Shown one piece after another: positions 30,184 to 39,996 of a stretch of DNA of 64,000 nt. A program made the translations under genes and the position numbers. Location: assembly GCA_947626655.1 (NCBI GenBank), contig CANQTA010000001.1, positions 22,750-86,749 on the forward strand. Direction: 5' to 3'. How positions within the stretch are numbered: the first letter of the stretch is position 1; every line of letters begins with the position of its first letter. The notes beneath the pieces were generated by a model, which was given only the letters and a program-made list of their open reading frames with translations, did not search any database and was not told the origin of the DNA. Source of the DNA: an uncultured Bacilli bacterium (GTDB taxonomy: Bacteria > Bacillota_I > Bacilli_A > RF39 > UBA660).

Positions 30184-31932
30184 TTATTTCCAACAACCTG
30201 AAACATCACAGTTAGTACTATATGGCATTGGATTAGGCATTTCTAATTTTACTATCATTGGTATTTTAAAAGCACCTCCAAAACCAACACAAGTACCAGG
30301 TTGCAATATTTTTTGTTTCTCCACTATATCACTAGAAATATTAGGTAACATTTCTTCAATATATTTAATATCTAGTGGGTGGGTCATTTTGAATATTAAG
30401 AAATTTGAACATTGAGCAATAACTGTATCACTTATTTCGACAGGTCTTTGACTAATTATATCTAAAATTACTCCATATTTCCGACCTTCTTTAGCTATTC
30501 TATCAAAAATATTATAGCCGATTAAGAAAGTATCGTTATCTTTTTGAATATAACGGTGAGCTTCTTCTAAAAATAAATGGAACGGAATACTAGCTCTTTT
30601 TTCTAAACTCTTAGAATATTCAAACATTAGGCGACAAAATATTTTAACTATAACTTTAGCATATACATCATCAATATCTTCTAAATTAATATTAATTATT
30701 TGGGCTTTATTTTGATATTTAAACATCAAACTTTGAATATATTTTTCCACTGGAACATATTCTTTGCCAGAAAAATAATTACCTATTTTACTCGTCATAA
30801 TTGTATTAAGGCGGACCTTTAAAATAATAGCATCACTATATAAATTATCATTATTTTGAAATCCTTCACTAATTAAAGTAAATTCCATAGCTTTAGCAAA
30901 ATCTTGCAAAGTATAATAAGCTCCCTCTGGTTCTGAGAAAACGACACTGTCATCTAAAATATGTTTTAAAATATAATCGGTAATTAAAACACTTTCACCA
31001 AAATTACCGTGACTATCAATTTCAAAACACTCACTAAATATTCTTGTATAACCAACTCCTGGAATAATACTATTAAAGTTAAATTCGGGGGTATTACAAA
31101 CTTCAATTATCGTAAATATTTCATTCTTTTTATTTGCAGTTGTTTCGCTACTAAATAAGATAGCTAATAAAGCTTTGGCTATTAAATGATTTTTTAAACG
31201 TCTACTTTCTTCATTTTCTTGACTGAAAATTTTAGCTAACTTAATAGTATTTTCAATAATTGGTAATTGGGAGTGATTAGAGGCTTGTAACAAAAGAGCC
31301 CAGTCATCTAAATTTAATAAATGAAGAGGTATATCAAGTAAAAAATCATCATCTAAAGTAGGATTAGTAGTTATAAATTTATAATTAAATCTGGGATTAA
31401 TTTCATTTAATTTACAAAAAGCATTTTTATATTCACCATAAGCATCAAAAATAAATAAATTAGCATTAAAAGGACTCATAGCTGGATTATTAAAGATATT
31501 TTGAACTATTCTTGATACTCCACAAGATTTACCGGAACCAGAGTTACCAAAAATAGCTAAATGGTTAGAAAATAAATCATTGATATTAGGACAAACTTTA
31601 AAATTTCGATAAATAGCTGAATCTCCTAAAACAAAAGACTTATCTGATTGAACTCCTACTAATTCCATAAGTTCTTCACCATTAATCACTCGAATAGTTG
31701 AACTAAGTAAAGGCTTTCTCAAAACACCATTTAAATATCTCGTTCCTTGATATTCTCCTAAAAATCTAATTTTTATTATTTCATCATTTAATTCTATAAC
31801 TTCTCCTAAAATCCGTTGATTAGGAGCCTCAAAAATAACATGGACATTCATTAAATCTGAAACCATATCACGATTCATTTTACTTTCAACATGAGCTATA
31901 TTATCACTTATATAAAGTATTTTTCCAAACAT
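30184..31932 (-). CDS. HerA/FtsK-superfamily ATPase (DUF87-type) with N-terminal HAS-barrel-like domain
   Basis: Walker A HLAIFGNSGSGKSCGVSRIV, Walker B FHLFLEEAHRY and the downstream arginine-finger/sensor region GRKYGVILDIISQRP, 582 aa. Lies 12 bp after the upstream surface-protein gene. Confidence 0.75.
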   Translation of the reverse strand: MFGKILYISDNIAHVESKMNRDMVSDLMNVHVIFEAPNQRILGEVIELNDEIIKIRFLGEYQGTRYLNGVLRKPLLSSTIRVINGEELMELVGVQSDKSFVLGDSAIYRNFKVCPNINDLFSNHLAIFGNSGSGKSCGVSRIVQNIFNNPAMSPFNANLFIFDAYGEYKNAFCKLNEINPRFNYKFITTNPTLDDDFLLDIPLHLLNLDDWALLLQASNHSQLPIIENTIKLAKIFSQENEESRRLKNHLIAKALLAILFSSETTANKKNEIFTIIEVCNTPEFNFNSIIPGVGYTRIFSECFEIDSHGNFGESVLITDYILKHILDDSVVFSEPEGAYYTLQDFAKAMEFTLISEGFQNNDNLYSDAIILKVRLNTIMTSKIGNYFSGKEYVPVEKYIQSLMFKYQNKAQIININLEDIDDVYAKVIVKIFCRLMFEYSKSLEKRASIPFHLFLEEAHRYIQKDNDTFLIGYNIFDRIAKEGRKYGVILDIISQRPVEISDTVIAQCSNFLIFKMTHPLDIKYIEEMLPNISSDIVEKQKILQPGTCVGFGGAFKIPMIVKLEMPNPMPYSTNCDVSGCWK

Positions 31933-31943
31933 TTTATCACCTA

Positions 31944-33239
31944 CTATTTTCTTTTCTTTGGCTTAATATTTTTTAATTTTAATTTATATTTTCTTTTATA
32001 ATTCCTTTTAATAAATATCAATATTACCGTAATCATAATAACAATGCTTATGACAAATAATACTAATAATCCCTTTAATAAATTATCGTTTTTAGTAAAA
32101 ATTATCTTTTGATCACTACTTAATTTTTTAACTAATATTTTATAAACCGTACTACTTTTATCTTCGCTAGTAACTTTTATTAAAACTTCATTGTCGCCTT
32201 CTTTAAAGTTCTCATTACCGGTAATTTCTACTTGTTCACTACTACTAACTTTTGTTTTTATATCTAATTCTTGAACATCACTTTTAACTGTTAAATAATA
32301 ATTAAAAATATCACTAGAAAATTTGGGCTCTAAATCATAACCTTTAATATCTAAACCACTTAATTTACTACTACCATTATCTTTATTAACTATTAATTCA
32401 TAATTAGCACTACTACCATCTTCAGCAGTTACCTTAATCGTATATTTATTTTCCCCACTTGCTAAAGTATATTTACCTAATCCTGTTACTGTGGCTAAAT
32501 TATCGGTTGTTTCGCCCTCAATATTAATTTCTGTAACATCTTCTTTAACTGTTAAATTATATTTTTTAATGCTACTATTAAATTCTGGGGTAATATTATA
32601 TCCTTTAACCTGCAAGCTCTTAAGAGTGGTATCACTATTTGCTTCCCCTCTTGAAATATAGATATGATATGTAGCAGTCGTTCCATCACTGGCTGTTACA
32701 TTAATTTCATATTCATTTAAACCAACATTTAAATAACGACTACCATCACCAGTAACTTTAGCACTATCGCTATTAGGAGTAGCTATAATAGTAACTTCTT
32801 CAAAACGATAAGGTAAATTTAAATCATAGTCATATTTATCTTTTTTAAATAAAGGGGTTATATCAAATTCTTTTAAAGTTAAATTTTTTAATGTAGCATC
32901 ACTATCTACTACTTCTAAAGGCATATTGACAGTACATGTATTATCAGAATCAAATTTAACAGCGATATTTATTCTAACTAATCCTTCTTTTAAGGGCTTT
33001 ATAATGCCGGCATCACTAATACTGATAATACCATCTTCCAAAGGTTCATAAGATACTTCATAATTCTCAGAAATACTATTAATAGCGATAAATGCTTCAT
33101 TACCTAAACCAACTTTATCTTTATCAATTTCAATATCAGCACTATAATCACCTTTACTACAGGTAACTTTTTTGGCTAATGTCATATTTGGTATCATTAA
33201 AATTAAACACATTATTAAAATATTGATATATCTTTTCAT
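31944..33239 (-). CDS. membrane-anchored surface protein: signal peptide, Big_2-like domain, 3 x cadherin-like beta-sandwich repeats, C-terminal TM + Lys/Arg tail
   Basis: Signal peptide MMKRYINILIMCLILMIPNMTLA. Three ~85-aa repeats of the form TLK.L.vKgy.itPeF....y.Y.L.V...v....I...t.d..A.vTG.G...L..GeN...I.VTaeDGs...Y. The C-terminal LLVLFVISIVIMITVILIFI + KRNYKRKYKLKLK anchor. ATG at 33239 (the track start at 33242 is GTG), RBS agggag. Confidence 0.7.
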   Translation of the reverse strand: MKRYINILIMCLILMIPNMTLAKKVTCSKGDYSADIEIDKDKVGLGNEAFIAINSISENYEVSYEPLEDGIISISDAGIIKPLKEGLVRINIAVKFDSDNTCTVNMPLEVVDSDATLKNLTLKEFDITPLFKKDKYDYDLNLPYRFEEVTIIATPNSDSAKVTGDGSRYLNVGLNEYEINVTASDGTTATYHIYISRGEANSDTTLKSLQVKGYNITPEFNSSIKKYNLTVKEDVTEINIEGETTDNLATVTGLGKYTLASGENKYTIKVTAEDGSSANYELIVNKDNGSSKLSGLDIKGYDLEPKFSSDIFNYYLTVKSDVQELDIKTKVSSSEQVEITGNENFKEGDNEVLIKVTSEDKSSTVYKILVKKLSSDQKIIFTKNDNLLKGLLVLFVISIVIMITVILIFIKRNYKRKYKLKLKNIKPKKRK

Positions 33240-33261
33240 CACACTTACTCCCTTGTATTTT

Positions 33262-33300
33262 CTTTTTAAATTATATCATAGACTTTTTAATTAATAAATA
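33262..33300 (-). promoter_or_regulatory. probable promoter (extended -10 tatgatataat) for the four-gene operon
   Basis: The minus strand reads ttaattaaaaagtctatgatataatttaaaaagaaaatacaagggagtaagtgtgATG, located downstream of the tsf terminator. Confidence 0.35.
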
Positions 33301-33309
33301 TTAATTAGT

Positions 33310-33346
33310 ATTATTTTAAAATAAAAAAGAGTTTTTTAGACTCTTA
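33310..33346 (-). terminator. rho-independent terminator of tsf
   Basis: Minus strand AAGAGTCTAAAAAACTCTT hairpin followed by TTTTATTTT, overlapping the tsf stop codon. Confidence 0.6.
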
Positions 33347-34222
33347 ATTACCTTTAACTTGGTTCATTACTTCTTCAGCAAAATTATCACATCTTTTTTC
33401 CATACCTTCGCCTACTTCATAACGAATCATTTTAAGTACCTCTCCACCATTGTTAGCTACATATTTAGAAATTGAAATATCGTTGTCTTTTATAAAAGGT
33501 TGTTCAACTAAACAAATTTCTTTATAGAATTTTTTGATTCTACCTTCAACCATTTTTTCAGCAATATCACTTGGTTTACCTTCGTTCATAGCTAATTCTT
33601 TTTGAACATTGCGTTCTTGTTCTACTACTTCACTTGGGACACTGGCAATATCTAAATATAATGGTTTCATTGCGGCAGCTTGCATAGCAACATCTTTAGC
33701 TACTTCTTCATTAGCACCTTTTAATACAGTTAAGGCTGCGATACGACCACCCATATGTAAGTAACTTCCAAATACTTCATCAGCATTTTTAGTGACAATT
33801 TCAAATCTTCTTAATGATAATTTTTCACCAATTTTAGCTACCATAGCAATTATATAATCACTAACTTTGCCATTTGGTGTTTCTACTTCATTAGCTTCTT
33901 CAAGTGTTTTAGCATCACTTTTAAGTAAAGCATGACCAATAACATCAATCATATTAACAAATTCACTATTTTTAGATACGAAATCGGTTTCAGAATTAAC
34001 TTCTAAGATAATTGCTTTATTATCATCAACAAAAATATTAGCTAATCCTTCTGCAGCAATTCTTGATTCTTTTTTAGCAGATTTAGCAATACCTTTTTCT
34101 CTTAAATAGTTCATGGCTTCATCCATATCACCATGACATTCTGCTAAAGCTTTTTTACAGTCCATCATTCCTGCTCCAGAAATTTCTCGTAATTCTTTAA
34201 CCATACTTGCAGTAACTTCCAT
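33344..34222 (-). CDS. tsf: elongation factor Ts
   Basis: MEVTASMVKELREISGAGMMDCKKALAE is the canonical EF-Ts UBA-like N-terminus, 292 aa. Follows rpsB. Confidence 0.9.
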   Translation of the reverse strand: MEVTASMVKELREISGAGMMDCKKALAECHGDMDEAMNYLREKGIAKSAKKESRIAAEGLANIFVDDNKAIILEVNSETDFVSKNSEFVNMIDVIGHALLKSDAKTLEEANEVETPNGKVSDYIIAMVAKIGEKLSLRRFEIVTKNADEVFGSYLHMGGRIAALTVLKGANEEVAKDVAMQAAAMKPLYLDIASVPSEVVEQERNVQKELAMNEGKPSDIAEKMVEGRIKKFYKEICLVEQPFIKDNDISISKYVANNGGEVLKMIRYEVGEGMEKRCDNFAEEVMNQVKGN

Positions 34223-34233
34223 ATAATCACCCC

Positions 34234-35232
34234 TTATTTTAAACTTTCTAATAATTCTTCTTTTTTCATGGTACTATAACCTTTAACACCAGCTTCTTTG
34301 GCTAGAGTTTTTAATTCTGCTAAAGTTTTAGTACTTAAATCTTCCTCATTTTTAGCTGCAACAGCATTTTCTTTTTCTTCTTTATTGTATTCTTTTTTAT
34401 GATTTTTCTTAAATTCTTTTTGTGGTTGTTCTTCCATTATATCTTCTTTTTTGGCTTTATCAAAATTTTCTGATTTAATCAATTCTTCCATGCGGACTTC
34501 TTCTTTAGATTCGCCTTTTTTATCTTCTTCAGAGATATAATCTACTAATTCTAAACCATTGGCTTCACAAATAGCATTATTTAAAACACCAAGCATTACT
34601 TTAATACTACGAACAGCATCATCATTACCAGGAATTACGAAATCAACGTCATCTGGATCGCCATTAGTATCAACAATACCAAAGACAGGGATTTTTAATT
34701 TACGAGCTTCTTTAACAGCATTATATTCCTTTTTAGGATCAACAACAATTAAAGCTTGAGGAAGTTTATCCATTTCTCTGATACCACTTAAAATTTTATT
34801 AAGTTTATCATATTCTTTTTTAAGTACAATAACTTCTTTTTTAGGAAGTAAATCAAACTTACCAGAGGTTTCCATTTCTTCAATTTCTTCTAAACGTTTA
34901 ACTCTTTTTCTAATTGTTCTAAAATTAGTTAAAGTACCTCCTAACCATCTTTCAGTAACATAGAAAGATTTGCTTCTTAATGCTTCTTCAACGCATACTT
35001 CACTTGCTTGTTTTTTAGTACCGACAAACAAGAATTTACCACCATTTTCGGCAATTGTCTTAATTTCGTTATAAGCAACTTCCAACAATTCTTGGGTTTT
35101 TTGCAAGTCAATAATATATATATCTTCTCTTGCTGTAAAGATATATTCTTTCATTTTGGGATTCCATCTCTTAGTTTGATGTCCAAAATGAACTCCAGCT
35201 TCTAATAAATAACTCATAGAAACTACGGCCAT
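34234..35232 (-). CDS. rpsB: 30S ribosomal protein S2 with a long acidic/Lys-rich C-terminal extension ending in a Rho_N-like helix-hairpin
   Basis: [27 protein letters not shown] is the canonical S2 start (the track ORF begins 18 codons upstream, likely in the leader). About 230 aa of S2 core is followed by ~100 aa [11 protein letters not shown]...[30 protein letters not shown]. Confidence 0.85.
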   Translation of the reverse strand: MAVVSMSYLLEAGVHFGHQTKRWNPKMKEYIFTAREDIYIIDLQKTQELLEVAYNEIKTIAENGGKFLFVGTKKQASEVCVEEALRSKSFYVTERWLGGTLTNFRTIRKRVKRLEEIEEMETSGKFDLLPKKEVIVLKKEYDKLNKILSGIREMDKLPQALIVVDPKKEYNAVKEARKLKIPVFGIVDTNGDPDDVDFVIPGNDDAVRSIKVMLGVLNNAICEANGLELVDYISEEDKKGESKEEVRMEELIKSENFDKAKKEDIMEEQPQKEFKKNHKKEYNKEEKENAVAAKNEEDLSTKTLAELKTLAKEAGVKGYSTMKKEELLESLK

Positions 35233-35409
35233 AAAATAATCACTCTTCCTTTCGTTTAACTTCTTAATATTTAATACCCTTACCACTTAACTTTCAAATT
35301 AAGCACTCGGCGCAGGCTAAATATTAATGTCTATTTGACTTTTAAAGCCAAAAATATTGTATCAAAAAAACATACTCATTACAAGTATATTTTAAAGTTT
35401 CTAAATTAT

Positions 35410-36489
35410 TTATTTTTTTCTTTGTAGAACTTTATCTGCTTCCTCTTTTAATTTATAAGCATCTTTTATTTTACCTTTAATAAACCATTTAAGTGATTTC
35501 GTTAAATAACTTATCATGGCGCCATCTTGATTACTATTCATTTTTTCAATTAATTCACTGGTAAAAATCATGGCTTCTTCTAAAATTAGCTCAGTATCAA
35601 TATCGGTGTGATAACTACTATTTATATAATATTCATAATAATGTAATAATTTTAGATAAATTAAATAACGTGTATCATAAATTTGACTTTTATATAAGCC
35701 GATTAAAAAAGGAATACTTAATTTATTTAAATCGATGTCTTCATGATTAACTAATTTTTTGATAGTCCAACTGATAGTTAGATATTTTGCTTGGGAAACT
35801 TTAAGCTTACCATCTTGATTATCATGAAAATACCAAATAAAAGTGATAGCTTTATAAAAACTGCCTAAAAAATTAGCATAAAGATAAAAATTATTAACAT
35901 CTATATTAAGATAATTAATTATTTCTTTTAATTCACTTTCAGTGAAGTCACTTTTCAGTTTTGTAAAACACCAAGCTATTTTATTATCTTGATTTTTTCT
36001 TTCATAATATTGAATAGCATTTTTTAAAGCTTCTTCAGATTTCTCTCCTTTATTTTGTAAATGATGCCATCTTTCTTTAACATAACGAATATTTAAGTTA
36101 TGACTTTGACAATATTCTTCTAATAAAATGCCTTCATACATAACTGGGGCTTTACTATTATTCTTTTGTAAAAGCATTGTAATAATTTCTTCATTAGCTA
36201 ATTCTGGCTTTTTTTCTCTTAAACGATAAAAATTAATCATAAAATTATTATAATTTATTTGATGAAGACGACAATATTCATGTAAAGTCATCCCTTCATA
36301 ATAATATAAAACTTCTTTAGTTCCACATTTAGACATTACTAATTTAACTAAATCATCACTATTTAAATTAGGATATAAGCGATGATATTTGCTAATTTGT
36401 GTTAATTGAGTTCGATAATTTAAATCATTATTAGCACAAAAATCTTTTAAAGTCATTCCTTCATAAAAATATTTAGTTGGTGTTGGCAT
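35410..36489 (-). CDS. hypothetical protein with three tandem ~55-aa YEGMTL.EYC..H.LNY repeats (359 aa)
   Basis: Repeats at about aa 8-62, 63-118 and 119-170: YFYEGMTLKDFCANNDLNY.., YYYEGMTLHEYCRLHQINY.., YEGILLEEYCQSHNLNIRY... RBS aagggggaa lies 20 bp after the queH stop, so it is co-transcribed with queH. Confidence 0.5.
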   Translation of the reverse strand: MPTPTKYFYEGMTLKDFCANNDLNYRTQLTQISKYHRLYPNLNSDDLVKLVMSKCGTKEVLYYYEGMTLHEYCRLHQINYNNFMINFYRLREKKPELANEEIITMLLQKNNSKAPVMYEGILLEEYCQSHNLNIRYVKERWHHLQNKGEKSEEALKNAIQYYERKNQDNKIAWCFTKLKSDFTESELKEIINYLNIDVNNFYLYANFLGSFYKAITFIWYFHDNQDGKLKVSQAKYLTISWTIKKLVNHEDIDLNKLSIPFLIGLYKSQIYDTRYLIYLKLLHYYEYYINSSYHTDIDTELILEEAMIFTSELIEKMNSNQDGAMISYLTKSLKWFIKGKIKDAYKLKEEADKVLQRKK

Positions 36490-36509
36490 AGCAATTCCCC
36501 CTTAATTAC

Positions 36510-37127
36510 TTATTTTAAATCTGTTTTGCTAAATAAGCAACCACAATAATTTTGGCGATATAAATTATATTGATGAGATAATTCAATCGATTTTTTATAA
36601 CCATCTTTCTTTTTAAAGTCACTATATAGCCATTGTAAATTGTATGTACTAGCTAATTTTTCCCCAATTTTATTTAAAACTTCAGCATTTTTATAAGGAC
36701 TAACGGTTAAAGTAGTGCCAAAATAGGCAAAATTATGCTCTTTGGCTAATTGAGCTGTTTTTTCTAATCTTAAATAATAACATAAATGGCATCTGTTACC
36801 ACCCTCTTTATCTTGTTCATGACCTTTAATATATTCATGATATTGGCTATTTTCATAAGGACTATCTAAATATTTTATTCCCATAATATCTAAGAGGCGT
36901 AATTGTTCTTGTTTTCTTTTTAAATATTCAGTTTCTGGTTCTATATTGGGATTGTAATATAAAACAGTGATATCAAAATAATCTTTTAAATAACTAATTA
37001 CATAAGATGAACAAGGACCACAACAACTATGTAAAAGTAATTTTGGTTTATTATCTAAACTCTTAATTAATTCTTCTAATTTTTTATCATAATTTATTTT
37101 ATCAACCATTATTATCCCCATCTCCAT
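36510..37127 (-). CDS. queH: epoxyqueuosine reductase QueH (DUF208)
   Basis: LLLHSCCGPCSSYV and the later CHLCYYLRLEKTA..YCGC cysteine clusters are characteristic of QueH, 205 aa. Confidence 0.75.
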   Translation of the reverse strand: MEMGIIMVDKINYDKKLEELIKSLDNKPKLLLHSCCGPCSSYVISYLKDYFDITVLYYNPNIEPETEYLKRKQEQLRLLDIMGIKYLDSPYENSQYHEYIKGHEQDKEGGNRCHLCYYLRLEKTAQLAKEHNFAYFGTTLTVSPYKNAEVLNKIGEKLASTYNLQWLYSDFKKKDGYKKSIELSHQYNLYRQNYCGCLFSKTDLK

Positions 37128-37854
37128 TATTAACTATTGGACTTTCACAATTATTAAAATGATTATTAGTACTATTACTATCTAAATAAAGACAACCTTT
37201 AATATCTCCATTTTTATTAACAATAGCTTCATAAATATCAATATAATCATTTAATTTTTCAATATTTGTAGTATTGATATAAACGGTATTGCCATCATTC
37301 ATACGAAATAAAAATCTTTTGGCATCAACAACTTTGTCTTGAACAATTGATGGACTATATTCCATTTCACTAACTAAATTTAAAATATCGCGATCAATTT
37401 TATTTAATTTTTCTTTTAATTCTTGATAAACATCATCTTCGACATAATTAATTAAAATTGGTAATCCTAAATAATCACCACTATTGGCAATTTCTCGGCC
37501 ATTAGCTAAAACAATTTTTTGACTACTTAAATTATAAAATAAAGGACTCGATTCTTTAATACTTATTTTAATAGTACCTAAATAATTCTTACTAACCATG
37601 GCATCATCAACTAATTCTAAACTGAGTAAAGATTTTTTAATTTTATTTTTAGATACTTCAAAAATAGACTTATTATCTAATTTTAAATAATTAATAATAT
37701 AATTATCTTTTAAATATTTATTACCACTTATTTCAATTTTTTTAATTGGCATTTTATAAAAGTAATAACCAATATTACCAATTAAATAAAGAAATAGAAG
37801 AATAACTAATAAACCTTTAAATCTAATTTTTTTCCTTTTGACCTTTTTATTCAT
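37102..37854 (-). CDS. divIB: cell division protein DivIB/FtsQ
   Basis: N-terminal TM helix, POTRA-like region and FtsQ-type C-domain. Positioned after murB as in dcw clusters. Confidence 0.65.
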   Translation of the reverse strand: MNKKVKRKKIRFKGLLVILLFLYLIGNIGYYFYKMPIKKIEISGNKYLKDNYIINYLKLDNKSIFEVSKNKIKKSLLSLELVDDAMVSKNYLGTIKISIKESSPLFYNLSSQKIVLANGREIANSGDYLGLPILINYVEDDVYQELKEKLNKIDRDILNLVSEMEYSPSIVQDKVVDAKRFLFRMNDGNTVYINTTNIEKLNDYIDIYEAIVNKNGDIKGCLYLDSNSTNNHFNNCESPIVNNGDGDNNG

Positions 37855-37855
37855 G

Positions 37856-38734
37856 TTAATCCCATTCTATAATTTTTTGTTCTAATTCTAATGTCACTCC
37901 ATAGGTATTATACACTTTTTCTTGAATTATCTCAATTAGTTTTTTAATATCTTTGCTAGTTGATGATCCTAAATTAACAATAAAATTAGCATGAACTAAT
38001 GATATTGCAGCATCCCCTATTTGCAAACCTTTTAAACCTAAATCATCAATTAATTTACCAGCAGCATAGCCATCAGGATTTTTAAAAACACTACCGGCAC
38101 TTTTAACCCCCTTTGGTTGGGTTTGCAAACGTTTTTCTTTGATAGTAGTTACTTCTTTTAATAATTTTTCTTGCTCACCTTTTTTTAATTTAAAGGTAGC
38201 CTTAACCAAAATATCTTTAGTATTTTTAAAACTACTATCACGATAACTATACTTAATATCGTCTTTAGTTAAAGTTACTAAATTATTATCTTTTATTACT
38301 ACTAATTTTTCTAAATAATGATATAAAGAGGCATCTTTATTTAAAGAAGCATTACCTACTAGGGCTCCTCCTAGAGTACCAGGGATAGTAGCAAAATTTG
38401 CAAAGCCAGCTAAATTATTAGCAATAGTTTTTGTAACTAATTCACTTAATAATACGCCACACTCAACTTCTACTTCTTCATTATTTATGACTATTTTATG
38501 TAATTTTTCTAAAGAAATAATACAACCATTATAAGGAGTATCAGGTAATATAACATTAGAACCTTTACCTAAAACTAAATAAGATATTTGGGATTTAGCT
38601 AAATAATTAATTAATTCTAATAAATGATCGATACTATCTACTTTGACTAAATATTTACTATAAGTTTTAATACCATAAGTATTATAATGTTCTAAACTAG
38701 CATTTTCCATTACTTCTCCATAATTACTTAACAT
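37856..38734 (-). CDS. murB: UDP-N-acetylenolpyruvoylglucosamine reductase
   Basis: FAD-binding domain GKGSNVIL, GTLGGALVGNAS, SAGSVFKNP motifs, 292 aa. Confidence 0.85.
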   Translation of the reverse strand: MLSNYGEVMENASLEHYNTYGIKTYSKYLVKVDSIDHLLELINYLAKSQISYLVLGKGSNVILPDTPYNGCIISLEKLHKIVINNEEVEVECGVLLSELVTKTIANNLAGFANFATIPGTLGGALVGNASLNKDASLYHYLEKLVVIKDNNLVTLTKDDIKYSYRDSSFKNTKDILVKATFKLKKGEQEKLLKEVTTIKEKRLQTQPKGVKSAGSVFKNPDGYAAGKLIDDLGLKGLQIGDAAISLVHANFIVNLGSSTSKDIKKLIEIIQEKVYNTYGVTLELEQKIIEWD

Positions 38735-39824
38735 TACTTATTATCTCCTTAATATTAGTGTAAATTGCATCACCAGCTTTTACGGGTTGATATTTAGCTA
38801 AATTTTTTTGCATTTCTAAATATTCTTTACTATTATTTAATAATTCTTTAACTTTAGCATATAATGCTTTACTATCTAAATCTTTTTCTTCTATTAATAA
38901 AGCTAAATTCTTATCTTTTAAATCTTTAGCATTATAATATTGATGATTATTAGCAACATTAGGACTAGGTATTAAAATACTAGGAGTATGACTAGTTAAA
39001 AGTTCAATAATAGTTCCAGCACCACTCCGGGCAATTACTAAATCACAATTTTTAAAAAAGGAAGCCATATTATCTAAATAAGGTATTATTTTTATATTAG
39101 AACTAAAATGTTTATCTTTAATAAATTCTTCATAATTGTTTTTACCAGTAACAAATAAAACTTCATAGGTTTCTTTATTAGAATAATTTAAAAATTCTAA
39201 TAGTTTTTGATTTAAACCAGTACTACCTAGACTACCGGAAGTTACTAAAACTAATTTTTTATTTTTATTTAAACCTAAAGCTTCTTTAGAGGCACTTTTT
39301 AAATTTAAAACATTATCAGCACAAGGATGGCCTGTATAGATACATTTTACTTCTTGAGGAAAATATTTGGCACTATCTTTAAATGTTGTAAAAACAGCAT
39401 TAACACCACGACTTAAAAATTTATTAGTTTTACCTGGGTACATATTTTGTTCATGAATAACACTTTTAATTCCTAATTTTTTGGCTGCCATAACTACAGG
39501 CATGGTGACATATCCACCTACTCCAACAACAATATCTGGTTTAAATTCTTGCATAATCTTTAGACATTTACGATAAGCCGCTACTATTAAACCAAGATTT
39601 TGAATATCTCGACCAATTTTCTTTTTGCTAAAGCCATAAATTTTAATAGCTTCATAAGGGATGCCATTTTTGGGAACTATTTCATTTTCCATCCGATCAT
39701 GAGTACCAATATATAATACTTCAAAGTTCGGATCTTTTTCTTGAAACTTTTCGATAATAGCCAAAGCAGGATATATATGACCACCTGTTCCCCCAGCTGA
39801 AATAATCATTTTCAAACTAATCAC
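38724..39824 (-). CDS. murG: UDP-N-acetylglucosamine--N-acetylmuramyl-(pentapeptide) pyrophosphoryl-undecaprenol GlcNAc transferase
   Basis: MIISAGGTGGHIYPALAI.. G-loop and C-terminal GAGT motif (ARSGAGTIIEL). The true start is probably the second Met, 5 codons into the track ORF. Confidence 0.85.
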   Translation of the reverse strand: MISLKMIISAGGTGGHIYPALAIIEKFQEKDPNFEVLYIGTHDRMENEIVPKNGIPYEAIKIYGFSKKKIGRDIQNLGLIVAAYRKCLKIMQEFKPDIVVGVGGYVTMPVVMAAKKLGIKSVIHEQNMYPGKTNKFLSRGVNAVFTTFKDSAKYFPQEVKCIYTGHPCADNVLNLKSASKEALGLNKNKKLVLVTSGSLGSTGLNQKLLEFLNYSNKETYEVLFVTGKNNYEEFIKDKHFSSNIKIIPYLDNMASFFKNCDLVIARSGAGTIIELLTSHTPSILIPSPNVANNHQYYNAKDLKDKNLALLIEEKDLDSKALYAKVKELLNNSKEYLEMQKNLAKYQPVKAGDAIYTNIKEIISNVK

Positions 39825-39996
39825 CTACTTAAATTATACACTAAAATATTAAAAAAAGCATTATTTACTAAGATATTTCCGCAAGTTAGACAAATTAACA
39901 TAAAATTGAAATATTACTTTAATTAGTAGGCAAATTAATTAAGAAATATTATAATATATAAAAGAATAGCTCAGATATTGAAAGGGTGTTATTTAT

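Noticed and set aside
35233-35286. 18-codon N-terminal extension of rpsB in the track ([18 protein letters not shown])
   Set aside because: The canonical S2 N-terminus starts at the internal Met ([13 protein letters not shown]). The extension is most likely the 5' leader.
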